From Atractiella rhizophila (taxonomy: Eukaryota): a stretch of DNA of 35,726 nucleotides. Shown piece by piece: positions 11,555-22,571 of the stretch. Position numbers and translations under genes: made by a program. The stretch lies in NCBI GenBank assembly GCA_021432655.1, contig MU271310.1:62001-97726 (forward strand). The letters run 5' to 3'. The notes beneath the pieces were generated by a model. The model ran no database searches. It had not been told where the DNA came from and worked only from the letters and a program-made list of their open reading frames with translations. Numbering within the stretch: the stretch's first letter is position 1; every line of letters starts with the position of its first letter.

Positions 11555-13424
11555 GGTGATAAAGAACCAGAAGAAGGCAAAAAAGTGAAGGTGTGGCGCA
11601 TTCTTGGTTTTTGTTGCTTTTTTCTTTGATTCGCTTTGTTGCGTACGACTGGTGTTCTTCGAGCTTCCCTTATGAATCAGTTAATCACTGAGTCTGTATC
11701 TGTTTACCTCGCGTTCAGTTGGTTATCCCCATTTCATGTTCAGTATTCAGTATCCAGTTAGCAGTATTTGAGCAACCTTCTGTTTGTTGATCATCCATTA
11801 TTCCTGTAGAAAAATATAGATTTATGCACACCATGTTACCTATCATGCGTTTCAAAGAGAACTGTGAAGCCTCTGCTACTGTGGTTCCTGTCATTAAGTA
11901 CAGCAGAGGACCAAGTGAGGATTTGGGAGTTGTGGACCCTAGTGTCGGTGATCCTTGGAAGCCAAATCAGTTGAGGACTACGCTTACTCCGTCTTACTCA
12001 GTTGTTGAGGCTGCTCGCGCTTGTTAAGGAGCAAAAACTAGACTACCATTCCTTTTTCTAGGACGTATCATTTCTCTAACTATCACAGGACTCCACTTGT
12101 TGAAAATGAAAATCAGCAGAATTCCCTCAGTTGCAGAGAAAGCTAACGTACCAACTTAAACTAGCTTTTTTGCCTGCTCTTCCGTTCTAATCACACCTCT
12201 GCTGTAAAAGCTCTCGTTATACTCTTCAAATCCTTTAGAAAATTTATTGCATCAAGCCCTAGACAAATTGCTCTTCTTCTGTTGGCGTATCTTCGAAAAA
12301 GCTTTTACTGGCGAGACTTTTTTGACAATTCGCAGCCCGAACCAATCATTTTTGGCGTCTCCCACTTCCGCGGCGTTGTCAAGCCCATGGCACCTTCCCA
12401 AGAGGGCTTAACCACCTTCTCGCCGCGAAATCAATGACTATAACGGTAGCCAACGACCCATCGTCATCAAAATCATGCATAACACTGATCGGAGAAAGAT
12501 CCTTGTGCACGAGGCCTAGAAGATGAAGGTGTTTGACCCCTTTGCGAATTTTATCCACCACGAAAGTGGAATCCAGCGTCATGCTTCGCCAACAGCGTCA
12601 CGGAGAGTTATCTAATGTTTCTCGAAGCAAAGACCAGTCGCAAATATTCCGACGGTTGCGTAGCCATAATATCGACAAATGTTTGGGTTGGAATAAGGGA
12701 GATAATATCCATTTCTTGGGTGTACAGGTCTCTGGTCTGACACGCACCTGGTGGGCCGGATGGGAACTCTGTGAAAATACATTCCTAGGGCGAAGAAAGT
12801 CTGGAAGGTCCTCTGTGGGAGCGCAAGTTCGGTTATCGGAATCAACCGATTTCGAGAAAAAAATTGATAAATTCCTGTTTCCGTTGGGTGGATTTGCTTC
12901 CTTACGTATTCCACCTGCTCATGCTGCTTTTCTGTTGAATATTCTGTTTGATTGGTATTTTGCCAGTTTTGCAATCTCAGTACCAAAGGGGAGAGGGAGA
13001 GTGGGATTGAAGGGCCGAGTGCAGCCTATATACTAGCGGTCGCAATACAGACTCGTCACATTCTAGAACTCGAGCCTAGCAATGCTGGAGTAAACTCGTC
13101 AGCGCTGCCATCTTGGTTGAGTGATATAATGGCTTATTTCTGCCTTTTACGCCTATAGATCCTCATACATGTCAAAGCAGATGTGTAGCTTGACAATGCT
13201 CATGCTCAGCTTATGCGCTTACGCATACCGTTAAGTTGCTTCCAAAGCTACCTCTGACTGCGAGTTCGCGTCAGAGGACCTGAGCCTTCTCACTGCTCGC
13301 CTCAACTGGTGTGATTTGGCTATTATCAATGTATGGCATTTGAGTCGGACCAGTGACAAAGAACCAAATCCAGGACCAACAGACCACGAGAAAGAAATGA
13401 GCCGGAAGGACAAGGATTCAAGCT
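11555..13424 (+). repeat. Segment A, copy 2
   Basis: Collinear near-identical copy of 1451-3313. Confidence 0.97.
12302..12912 (-). pseudogene. Second copy of the kinase-like pseudogene; boundaries approximate
   Basis: ORF 12379-12582 is identical to 2267-2470. The GLCFEKH* stop is shared. Confidence 0.85.
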
Positions 13425-13493
13425 TTCAAGAGGGAGCAAGGGATCGCAGTTGAATTGCACTGAAGTAAGACTCATGAAATACATATGTTTGAT

Positions 13494-13694
13494 GACGGGG
13501 AATCTCGGAGACCTATTTTGCGCTAACCTATGCTCTTTGTTACAGAATGTAGTTGGGGTAACGGGAGATGTTGGGTAGCGGACGGCGTCGTTGAGGTCGG
13601 TGAGGACGGGTAGGTAGGTGAAGCGTGAGGGTCGACGTGTAGGGACCAGTTCTGCAACAACGTCGATGAGGACCCGGAAGCTCACACGAATCAT
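13494..13694 (+). repeat. About 200-bp direct repeat, copy 1
   Basis: gacggggaatctcggagacc...ctcacacgaatcat. The only difference I saw from 14875-15074 is one T in a T run. Confidence 0.95.
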
Positions 13695-14788
13695 TACAGG
13701 TCCTTGTACCTCAACACTTACCTTAGTGCGGGTGAAACGTCATTCGGTAGAGAAGAAACGAAACCTCACCGCCCTTGCTTACCTTTACTTTGCAAACGAG
13801 GAAACAACACTACATTTCTTTATAGCAGCGGTGGCAATTGGAGCTAACAGCAGAACTAGAGTTTTGATAGCGAGAAGTGCGAGCTTTACGTCTCATATTG
13901 GGTTTCCAATCATAACTAGTCAAAGCAACTAACATGCCTCAGTTTAAGAGTGCGGCGGGATAAGCCACAGTATCGCAAAACGTCGGCAATAATACGCATA
14001 AGCTCTCGGGTTTTGGTGACGCGACTAGAAACGCTCGCCTTTCTACCACTATTGTCCGCGCTTCTCGCTTCTACTGTCAGCTAACCGCCCCTCCTTCATG
14101 CCAGCCTAATAGGTCTTCAACCCCAAACTCCGCTTCAAAAACCTAAAGTTCTAGGTCTTATAGCACCCTTCGACACTACACTTCAAACGGTAAGCTGACC
14201 TCCCTAACCGTATAAGCGTGCCTGTAAAGTCGAGCATGCTTGGACTCCATGCAGAAAGACTCAGCAGTGCCTACTTGTTCTTCCTATTACAATACCACTA
14301 CCTAGCACTTCGACAAGGGACCTGACTAGATAGCTTACCAGTTTGGATTTCAGCAGGACGAGTAGAAGCATAGGCCGTTCTAGCAGGAGTGTCCTCGCTT
14401 TCAAGCGCTCCTCTAGATAGTCCGAAAGGCGAGATAGACAAGCAGAGGGAAAGGCGGGAGGGGAGGGAATGGGATCCTAGACGTCTCGAAACATGACTGA
14501 CGAACGTCTGGGACATGACAGCCTCAAATCCTTCTCGCCTACTAGGGCACCGGCAAACTGTGACGAGTGAAGGAACAGGCTGAGAAAGAACTAAGCGCAG
14601 CAAAAATAAACATGTACGGAAATAGTCAACTCTGTGGTTGGACGGTTGTACGGTGAATTAAACAGAAAAGCGGTAGTGTAGGGAGCGCAACGGTAAATAT
14701 GCACATCTTCGTTACCTCTCCCTAGCGTCCAAGCTAAAAGAGTCCTAGCTTATGAAAGAAAGCTTGGTTTTTTTTTAGCCTGCTTGGA

Positions 14789-14813
14789 NNNNNNNNNNNN
14801 NNNNNNNNNNNNN
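14789..14813. other. Assembly gap (25 N)
   Basis: Run of 25 N. Confidence 1.
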
Positions 14814-14874
14814 GTACGTAGTTGAATGATGGGCGGTGGTGTTTTGCTGCTTTGCTAAGAAGGCCGTAGGAGTC

Positions 14875-15074
14875 GACGGGGAATCTCGGAGACCTATTTG
14901 CGCTAACCTATGCTCTTTGTTACAGAATGTAGTTGGGGTAACGGGAGATGTTGGGTAGCGGACGGCGTCGTTGAGGTCGGTGAGGACGGGTAGGTAGGTG
15001 AAGCGTGAGGGTCGACGTGTAGGGACCAGTTCTGCAACAACGTCGATGAGGACCCGGAAGCTCACACGAATCAT
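14875..15074 (+). repeat. About 200-bp direct repeat, copy 2
   Basis: Matches 13494-13694. Confidence 0.95.
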
Positions 15075-15450
15075 ATGATGAGTGTCCACATCAATGTCAG
15101 TGGCGACGTTCGGACGAAGAAAGCTCAGAACGAGTTGAAATGAAAAGACGAATGCTGGACAAATGGTGCTGGACGAGTATGTAACTAGACGGGTGTGTGG
15201 TCATGCTTCCTCGCTTCAGACTTGCAACTTCTTTTCCTCTGGTTCTCCACGGCTGAGTGTTGAGCGCCGAGCTTTGAGCAGCCTTGAACGATGCACTTGA
15301 ACTTGAACTCGATTCTAGCCTTTACAATTTATTGAGAAAGTGTCGCTTTCTCCTTGCTTCATACAATACAAGCTTGCGACTTTAAACCTGATCTGTGGAG
15401 AGAAATCTACTGTATACTGTAACGAAACGCTGAAAATCAAAGCCAAAGTG

Positions 15451-16960
15451 CTAAGCTCTCTCGTTCCAAGACACAACTTTCTGTGCCCGTTTCAAACGCT
15501 CCATCAAGTCCTTCGCGCCAACCTTGAACCATTTCTCGTCCATCGTTCCCTCCATTCCCTTCATCAAGCTCCTCACAGCATTTATGAAATCTTGACTGGG
15601 CACCTTATTCGCTCCCACTATATCTCCCAAACAAGCCAGAAACTCTCTCTCGAGCGCCGCATTCGATTGAATCTTCGGCTTGGTGTCGGTGAGGACGAGA
15701 CTGGCCCCATCGGCTGATGGTGACAGATAGCGCAGAACAGGAGGCTCACGTTCTGGATGAAGATGGTACACTTGGCCGACCGAGATCCCTGCGGTCTTTG
15801 ACTCCCACGTTCTCGTCGTCCCACCCAAGAGTTCTTCAGTGATGACGGTGCGTTTGGTGAAGCACCCTTCACAGCTAAAAGTGCTCCCATTCAGTGTGCC
15901 GAAATTGCAGACTTGAATAGGCAACCAGGTCCCCCTGTTCGGATCCGTCGTCACCTCGACGACGGTGGACACTTTGGCGATGCGAATGCGTCGGAGAGGC
16001 TCGAGACTGATTCCCACCTTGACGATGAGGATGGCGATTTGAAGGGCGAGCCAGGGATACGACCAAATATTCAATCCAAGAACGAGGATAGTGGAAAGAC
16101 CGTCTATTGCGCCGCTGAGGAGGATACAGATGCCAGCGATGCGAATAGCCTTTCTGTCGTATTTTGCCTCGAACAGGTTGAATGTAGTCGCATATTCGGT
16201 GTTGAAGCTCAAAGGCGTGCTCTTGACGTTATGTCCGAGCGTGACGACCTGAAGGTGTCGCCAGGCATCTCCTCTCCCGTTCAATTGGAGCGACCGTAAT
16301 CCCATACCCCTCGTGAAGTGCAAGATCGCGATGCCGGCGATCCAGAGAATCATCGCCAGACCCAAGGCGACGGCCAAAGCGACGTTAGTACCTTCGGCCG
16401 CGCAGAACAAAGAGATGACGACCTCAAGAGCATAAATCGGGAGAAAGATGAGGAAACCCCCCAAGGCACGTTGGGTATTTGTTTGCGAAAGCTCGACGAC
16501 GTTCGGGAATTGCCCTTTTCCTTGGAAGCTGGCTTCGACGAGGTAATCCTCCGATGGGTTGTGGTTCACGTATTGACTCCCCGAATGACGCTCCGGAGTC
16601 GCAGAGGCTACGTGAGAGAAGACGGGCGAGTAACGATTGACGTATTCGTCGTGGGCATATGTGAAATCCGCGACGATGTTGCGGTCTAGGACAGGATGAG
16701 TGTTGTCCTGATGTCCTCAGGTAGGGGACGGGAAGGTACTCACAGAGCTCAAGGTTACAGAGCATCACTCCGAGCTGGAGTTTGGCCAAACACCTACCAG
16801 CTCCGACTCCTCCGAAGATGAGAGTCACTGGAAGAATGCGAGAAGCGACCATCTTGACGTTTTGGGTCTTGCCGGTCAAAATGGGGACGAGCGAAAGGAG
16901 GGAACTGATCCCATTGATATTCTTCAAAGCGGTTGCAAGAGAACGATCCGTGCCTGACAT
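15451..16960 (-). CDS. Uncharacterised 4-TM membrane protein, long version (about 483 aa; exons 16960-16744 and 16685-15451)
   Basis: Same gene as 6009-7267 with the intron at 16743-16686, but it continues LRYLSPSADGAS...KVVSWNERA*. Confidence 0.78.
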
Positions 16961-17590
16961 TTTTGTTGAAGCTCTTCTGGAAGGAAGGAACATCGTATTC
17001 CAGCGCCTTTTATATGTTCGCATTTCAGCCTCGAGGCTGATACAACGATGTTTCGGTCGTGAGCAGAACAAGACGCACGGAGTCATCTGCCGAACTGGAC
17101 GGGCTTCAATACGTTCGATATTCACGAACAAGAAAATTGCTGATCCAAAGACTTGGTTGGATGTGCGCTGGACAACACGGAGGAAGTCATCCTCCGTCTG
17201 CTCCCGTCAAACTGGACAAGTTCAATTCATTCACGACAAAAAACCAATTGAGAGCTATCATTTGTGTTCGTACGGCACACACGCAATTCAGAGGGACGCC
17301 TTCCATCTTGTCCTCTCCAACCCTCTCCCTCTCTGGGAGCGTATGCGACCGACTTGTTACGGCGGCGACGTAAATCCATAATATTGGGGAATGTTCTCGA
17401 AAGGGACGATGGTGGCGTCCTGGACGTGTTGGACGCGAACGTGATCACATTGAAGAAAATAAAAATGGGATTGGACTTAGAAGCGTGTTGTTGCTGTTGT
17501 TGCCGTTGGTGTGTTGTTAATCATATATGAGAGGCATCATATATGATAGGCATCAGACTATAGTTCTATATTCTGGCGGATAAAGATTAC
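15719..17590 (+). repeat. Segment C, copy 2
   Basis: Collinear with 6025-7970, with a shorter minisatellite. Confidence 0.97.
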
Positions 17591-17683
17591 GTAGAAAGGA
17601 TGAAGACAGAACGAGAAGCAATAGCCTTGTGATTGAAGAAGCAAGGGCGGTGTGGAACGGAAAGGGTAAAGAAATGGTCACCA
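17588..17683 (+). repeat. 96-bp exact copy of 21912-22007 (right flank of the transposon)
   Basis: tacgtagaaaggatgaagacag...gaaatggtcacca is identical at both sites. Confidence 0.97.
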
Positions 17684-17760
17684 GAGGAGATGAGAGAGGT
17701 TGGAGTAGGCGCTCGTACTCATGAGTATCATGGCCATCGGGGGAACTTGGTGTATGTGAA
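17684..17760 (+). repeat. 77-bp exact direct repeat, right copy
   Basis: Identical to 11477-11553. Confidence 0.97.
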
Positions 17761-20700
17761 TGACCTGAACACCATGATTGCCGAGGTGTGTGATCATTTA
17801 TTCACACATGTGCTTGACTGATCGCCGGAGGGATGAATAGTTTATTGCCAATCCTCTGATTCGAAAGCATCTAACCTTTCTTCCTGAAGACACTGGTAAC
17901 ATGATCCAAGAGCTTTATCAAGGTGAAAAGTGGAAGAATGAAGTAAATGCGCGTCTCCTTACACCTTCCATTGTAGTTGGTGGTCAACAATACTTTGTGG
18001 ATGAAGTCATTCAACTAAACGGTGGTCAATACTGCTTCGTGTCACGGTGGTTCACAAAAGGAGGTACTGTGCATTGCAGCGGATATGAAGTGCACTGGAG
18101 CAAAGAATTTGCCGGTTTTATTATCGATCAGAGGCAGGGAATGACAGTTCCTGTCAGTGCCTTCGAACGGAACGGACCGGCCTTGCAGGCCAACGCACCG
18201 AGTGCCTATGTAATTAAAGGTGAGCAATCTGTTACTTCGACAACTATCTCTCAAATTGATGCTGCTTACAGCAATGATTGATTCTGAAGGAATCCTTACA
18301 CACCGACTCGAAGAATGCCGACCGATATCAAGTCTCCGAGAATCTTGTAAAGGCCATCGTGTTGTGACTGTCCCTATCGTGCTGTATGCTGATGATACAT
18401 CGGGGAACCGCTCGAAGAAATGGAACAAACATCAGACATTCCTCATGACATTAGCAGGTCTGTATCTCGTTAGCTTCCTTACAAGTATTGACAATGAATA
18501 AGGATTGCCCAATAAAATGCAACAGCAAGAGTTTTGCATACAGTTCCTTGGAACCACAAATGTCGGCTCTGTACTCGAGTTGCTGGAAGGTATTGTCGCC
18601 CAGATTCTGTAAGCATTGACTTCAGCAAGTGAGCTCAGCCGGTGATATTGGACTGAGTGCTACAGTGATGCATGGGAGGAACCTGTAGTCGCATTCGACT
18701 CTCTCACAGGTGAAGAAATCGTTTTTCGGCCGCTTCCACTCCTGTTTGAGGGTGACAATCCTATGCAATCTGAATTTTGCTCGATTGCAGGACTGGCTTC
18801 CCTGAAATTCTGTCGAGTCTGCAAAGTCGGGGCTGCTTCTAAGGTAGAAGAGGAAACTGAAGAACACATTCACAGATTCATGACGGTTCGGTGACACTTT
18901 ACTTTTTAGTATATCCCTGCTGAGTGGATCTTTCTATAGTGCGGTACTCCACGACTCCCATTTGAAACGCTTGCTTCACTCCAGAAATCTCTCGCCACTG
19001 CTGCCGATCCAACACTTCCTAAGAATCAAGTTGACCAAGAACAAACAGCCACTGGAGTCAAGGATACCTTTACGGCGTTTTTTATTGATCAGCTTCTTCA
19101 ACTCCGCAAAGACTTTCAGGGATCCAATCAAGAACTCGAGGTAGAAATTCGCAAAGTTCTGGACACATGGGAAAACCAACGCTTCAAGCACAACCCCGCT
19201 TTTCAACTGTTAGGTCTCGACTTCGATTTCCATCATGATACTCCGTTCGAAATTCTACATGGGATTCTTCTTGGGTTCACTAAGTATTTATGGCGTGATA
19301 ATATGAAGCGACTCTCTGTGGTCCAGAGAGCTGTTGTCATTCGACGTTTGAATTCACTTGAAGTTTCTGGTCTGCAAACTTCTCGAATTTCTGGATCACA
19401 ACTTGTCGATTATGCGCATAGTCTTGTCGGCAAAGATTTCAAGATCATCATGCAGATTGTGCTTTTTGCGCTTGACGGTATTTTGAGCGACAGTTTTCTG
19501 TTAATCTGGGTTGCCCTTGGTCGGCTTGGGTCTCTGGTATGGCGTCCTAAGGTGACAGATAAGGCTAAGTATTTGGTTTGTATTTTTGCGCCCTTGCTCT
19601 TACAAATGGCAAGTAACATTGACATGATCAAATTAGTACAATCTAGAGGCCGCAATTGCTTTCTTCCTAGATTCGACAGCCTCATTAACAACACAATGGT
19701 TCAACAAACGGAAGTTCCACCTCCTTGTCCACCTCGTAGACAACGTCCGCCGGTTTGGCGTCCCTATCAACTATGCTACGGAAAAGTTTGAAAGTTACAA
19801 TGGTGTCGTTCGCCTTCGCTCTGTCTTCTCCAATCATCAAGCTCCTGGAGTCGACATCGCCACCTCATTTGCAGGCTACGATCGAGTGCGTCACATCTTC
19901 AGTGGTGGGTTCTGGAAGGACAAAGCCACTAGTCAATGGGTTTGCGCTTCGTCAAAAGTTATTGCCCTTATGCGCGATGAATCCTATCGCCAAATGTTGG
20001 GACTTACGCTCCCTGATCCGTGGTCACAGTCTGCCGCTGGCAAACCTCCAGGTACGTATTTCAGAAAACGATTTTCCATGAGTAAACAGGTTATTGATCG
20101 CGAGCAGGAAGTTGGGAGCTCGAAAGTAGGAGTAACTTGCACATATCAGCAGCCGACACCATCCTTCACAAACTGCGGCCCTCACTTCACCTCTCCTCTG
20201 ATGGTCAAAACTTCCTGGAATACAAGCATCTCCGAGTGCGTTCAGTTACCACCGCATCCGATGAGGAGGCACGGACAGGCACATTTGTTCTTGTAGAGGA
20301 GAAGGAACAGGTGTGTCTCTTCACAATATTGGTGTGTTGCTCATGGTTCTGTTTCCAGCCCCCATATATCTTTCAAATTAACCAAATTCTCCTTGTCCAA
20401 CCAGTGGACCGATCTCTTGGTGTGAATACGCAGGAACTTCATGTATATGGCCGCCAGCTCGCTTTCACAGGAACGTGGTATAAGGGCTTTCAGCTACCTC
20501 TCTTATTGCCCTCTGCGCACTTGTCTAAGCTGGGCTCAGCTGTAAGTTGCTACTCTTTCAGAAGAGCACTCTATATTCATTCCATCGAAAGGATTCACTG
20601 AAAGCTGTTGTCAATGTCCAACACGCTTGTCAAATTGCAGGCTGCATTGATGACGGGTTTGAGATGGTTCGTCAGGAACGAAAGATGACTGAGCAACGGC

Positions 20701-20858
20701 GACCTGCAATTCGCCACAGAACAGAGCCCACGAATAAGCACTTTTACCTTCTGAATACCCACAGCCTTCGAAATAGTTCTCTCCTCCAACAATTTCTCCC
20801 ACCTATCCCTCAACTCGATCGGAGAGCTCTTGTCTGCGAAGGTATCAGGAAGCACTGA
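17761..20858 (+). CDS. Transposase, catalytic 3' part (multi-exon, CACTA/EnSpm TnpD-like DDE)
   Basis: Exons read ANPLIRKHLTFLPED..QGEKW, PIVLYADDTSGNRSKKWNKH (D near 18391), FEGDNPMQSE..FCRVC (D near 18754), HDTPFEILHGILLGFTKY, LVGKDFKIIMQ, KFHLLVHL..RFG..ATEKFESYNG (E near 19781-19792) and VNVQHAC. The D/D/E order with the HxxxH..G..E end is the pattern of CMC-superfamily transposases. Family assigned by motif recognition, not by search. Confidence 0.82.
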
Positions 20859-22571
20859 GAATCAAAAGCCGTTCAAACAAAAGTCAAAGAAACCCTGGCT
20901 CACCCATCCGTTGCCCTCCTTGCTTTGCCTTGTTTCCAACCTGGCTTCAATATCCACAGCTTATCGGACGAAGGGCTGCGTGTTTTGATTGGGCAACTTG
21001 GAGGGAAAGTGCGCGCCAATGTCAAGATGCGGGTGTGCTTTTTCCCCCTGATATTTCCACTGCTGATGTGAAAATAGGGCACACTTCTTATGATTGCTGA
21101 ATGGACTATGGGAGCTGTTCTTAATGCTCTTGGGACTGCAGATGAAGTCCAGCATCTACCTCAGTATTAAATCTGCAGCTGGCGCAATTGATCAGATCAG
21201 AAATATTGTAACAAACTGTATTGCAATCAGTCCTTTTTACCTTCTTTGCACCTGAGCTTTCGCTCTCTGTTTCTCCGCATTGGCCCAAACCTATAAGAAT
21301 ACATCATACTCCTCATACGACATCTCAGCTATCAATTTTGGCGGCTCGTATCCTCGCTGTCAGAAAACGGCGCGCTCATAAAACAAATTCCAATAAGGAG
21401 GAAAGAGCTGACCTTGTTGACGGCAACGAGACCGTCTGGGCGATTCCCAACGTCCTGCCAATGCATTGGCCGACGATGCCGCTATGGTTGCTTGAGACGA
21501 GACTGTGGTTTGTGGTGACATTAATCAGAAACAGGATCGGAGTGAAGTCAAAGGTGGACAAAGTGGAGGAGTCGGAGGGAAGGGAAGGGAGGTCAAGAAG
21601 CGTTGAAGTGCGGCAGAGGAACATAGGCATCAAATATCTGCTCATACTGCACTTCGGAGAGGCGTGCAAAGATTGCAATCTAAATGGGGGTGGTTCAATA
21701 CTGCTTTTTTGATACATCTTTGGTGACTCACTACTTCGCCGAACTTCGGCAATCTGAGTATCCAAACTGTGCTGAGGAGGCAGCAATTTTCTGATTTCAG
21801 CTTGAACACACAAGTTCTTGTTGCCATCAACAGGTTGCGGGGTGAGCCACGGATTAACTTTTTAGTTTCAGGTTTCAGACTTAGAATCCTGGTGTTCCCA
21901 CTTTTGGCGTGTACGTAGAAAGGATGAAGACAGAACGAGAAGCAATAGCCTTGTGATTGAAGAAGCAAGGGCGGTGTGGAACGGAAAGGGTAAAGAAATG
22001 GTCACCAAAGATCCCCTTGTATTGTAATATCTTGGAATATAATCAACAACGTGAGGGATTGCTCAGAGGCGATGGCTGGAAGTGGGTTCCTTGAGCGATT
22101 AGGTAAGCAGCCATGACAAGTGAAGTGGTGCAAATGGCTGAGGTGTGACTTGGGGGAAAACCTTGAAATAGCAGCTAGAGGGGAAAAGTAAAGCATGATA
22201 CACTGATTGAGCATCTTCATCGGTTCGAGCGAGCGCCGTGCAATCATCATGAACTTCATGTTGAAATTCGTCCTGGTGAGAATCGTTCTGTACTGTATGC
22301 CTTGATAGATTACGTCCGTCGTCAACAATCGTGCTTTGGACTCACTTCAAACCATAACTCTTTCGGTACTACTCGTCAGACTGCTTGTCAGAGCACCTTC
22401 GTTCTTCTTCCTGATCGGCCCGGAACATTGCGACAAAACGGAGTTATGGTGCTGACATGAGCCCATTGCGCCGTCTAGCTTCGTATATCAAGACATGTCT
22501 CTTTCCTTGTCCATCTCCCACGCTCTCTGGTTCTCTGGTCCACGATAAAGTGTAAACGACAGCGAAGAAAA

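Larger units (their letters stand above)
7970..21911 (+). mobile_element. CACTA/EnSpm (CMC)-like DNA transposon, about 7.7 kb once the internal block 11554-17760 is removed
   Basis: Filled site gatTA[CACCGCTAAC...TTTTGGCGTG]TAcgtagaa versus empty site gatTAcgtagaa at 17585-17596. Ends are CAC...GTG. Contains a DDE transposase gene and a divergent second gene. Confidence 0.85.

Noticed and set aside
22002..22328. Possible F-box remnant on the minus strand at the insertion site
   Set aside because: Only a faint LP..E..LIIF resemblance followed by a stop; not supportable without a profile search.
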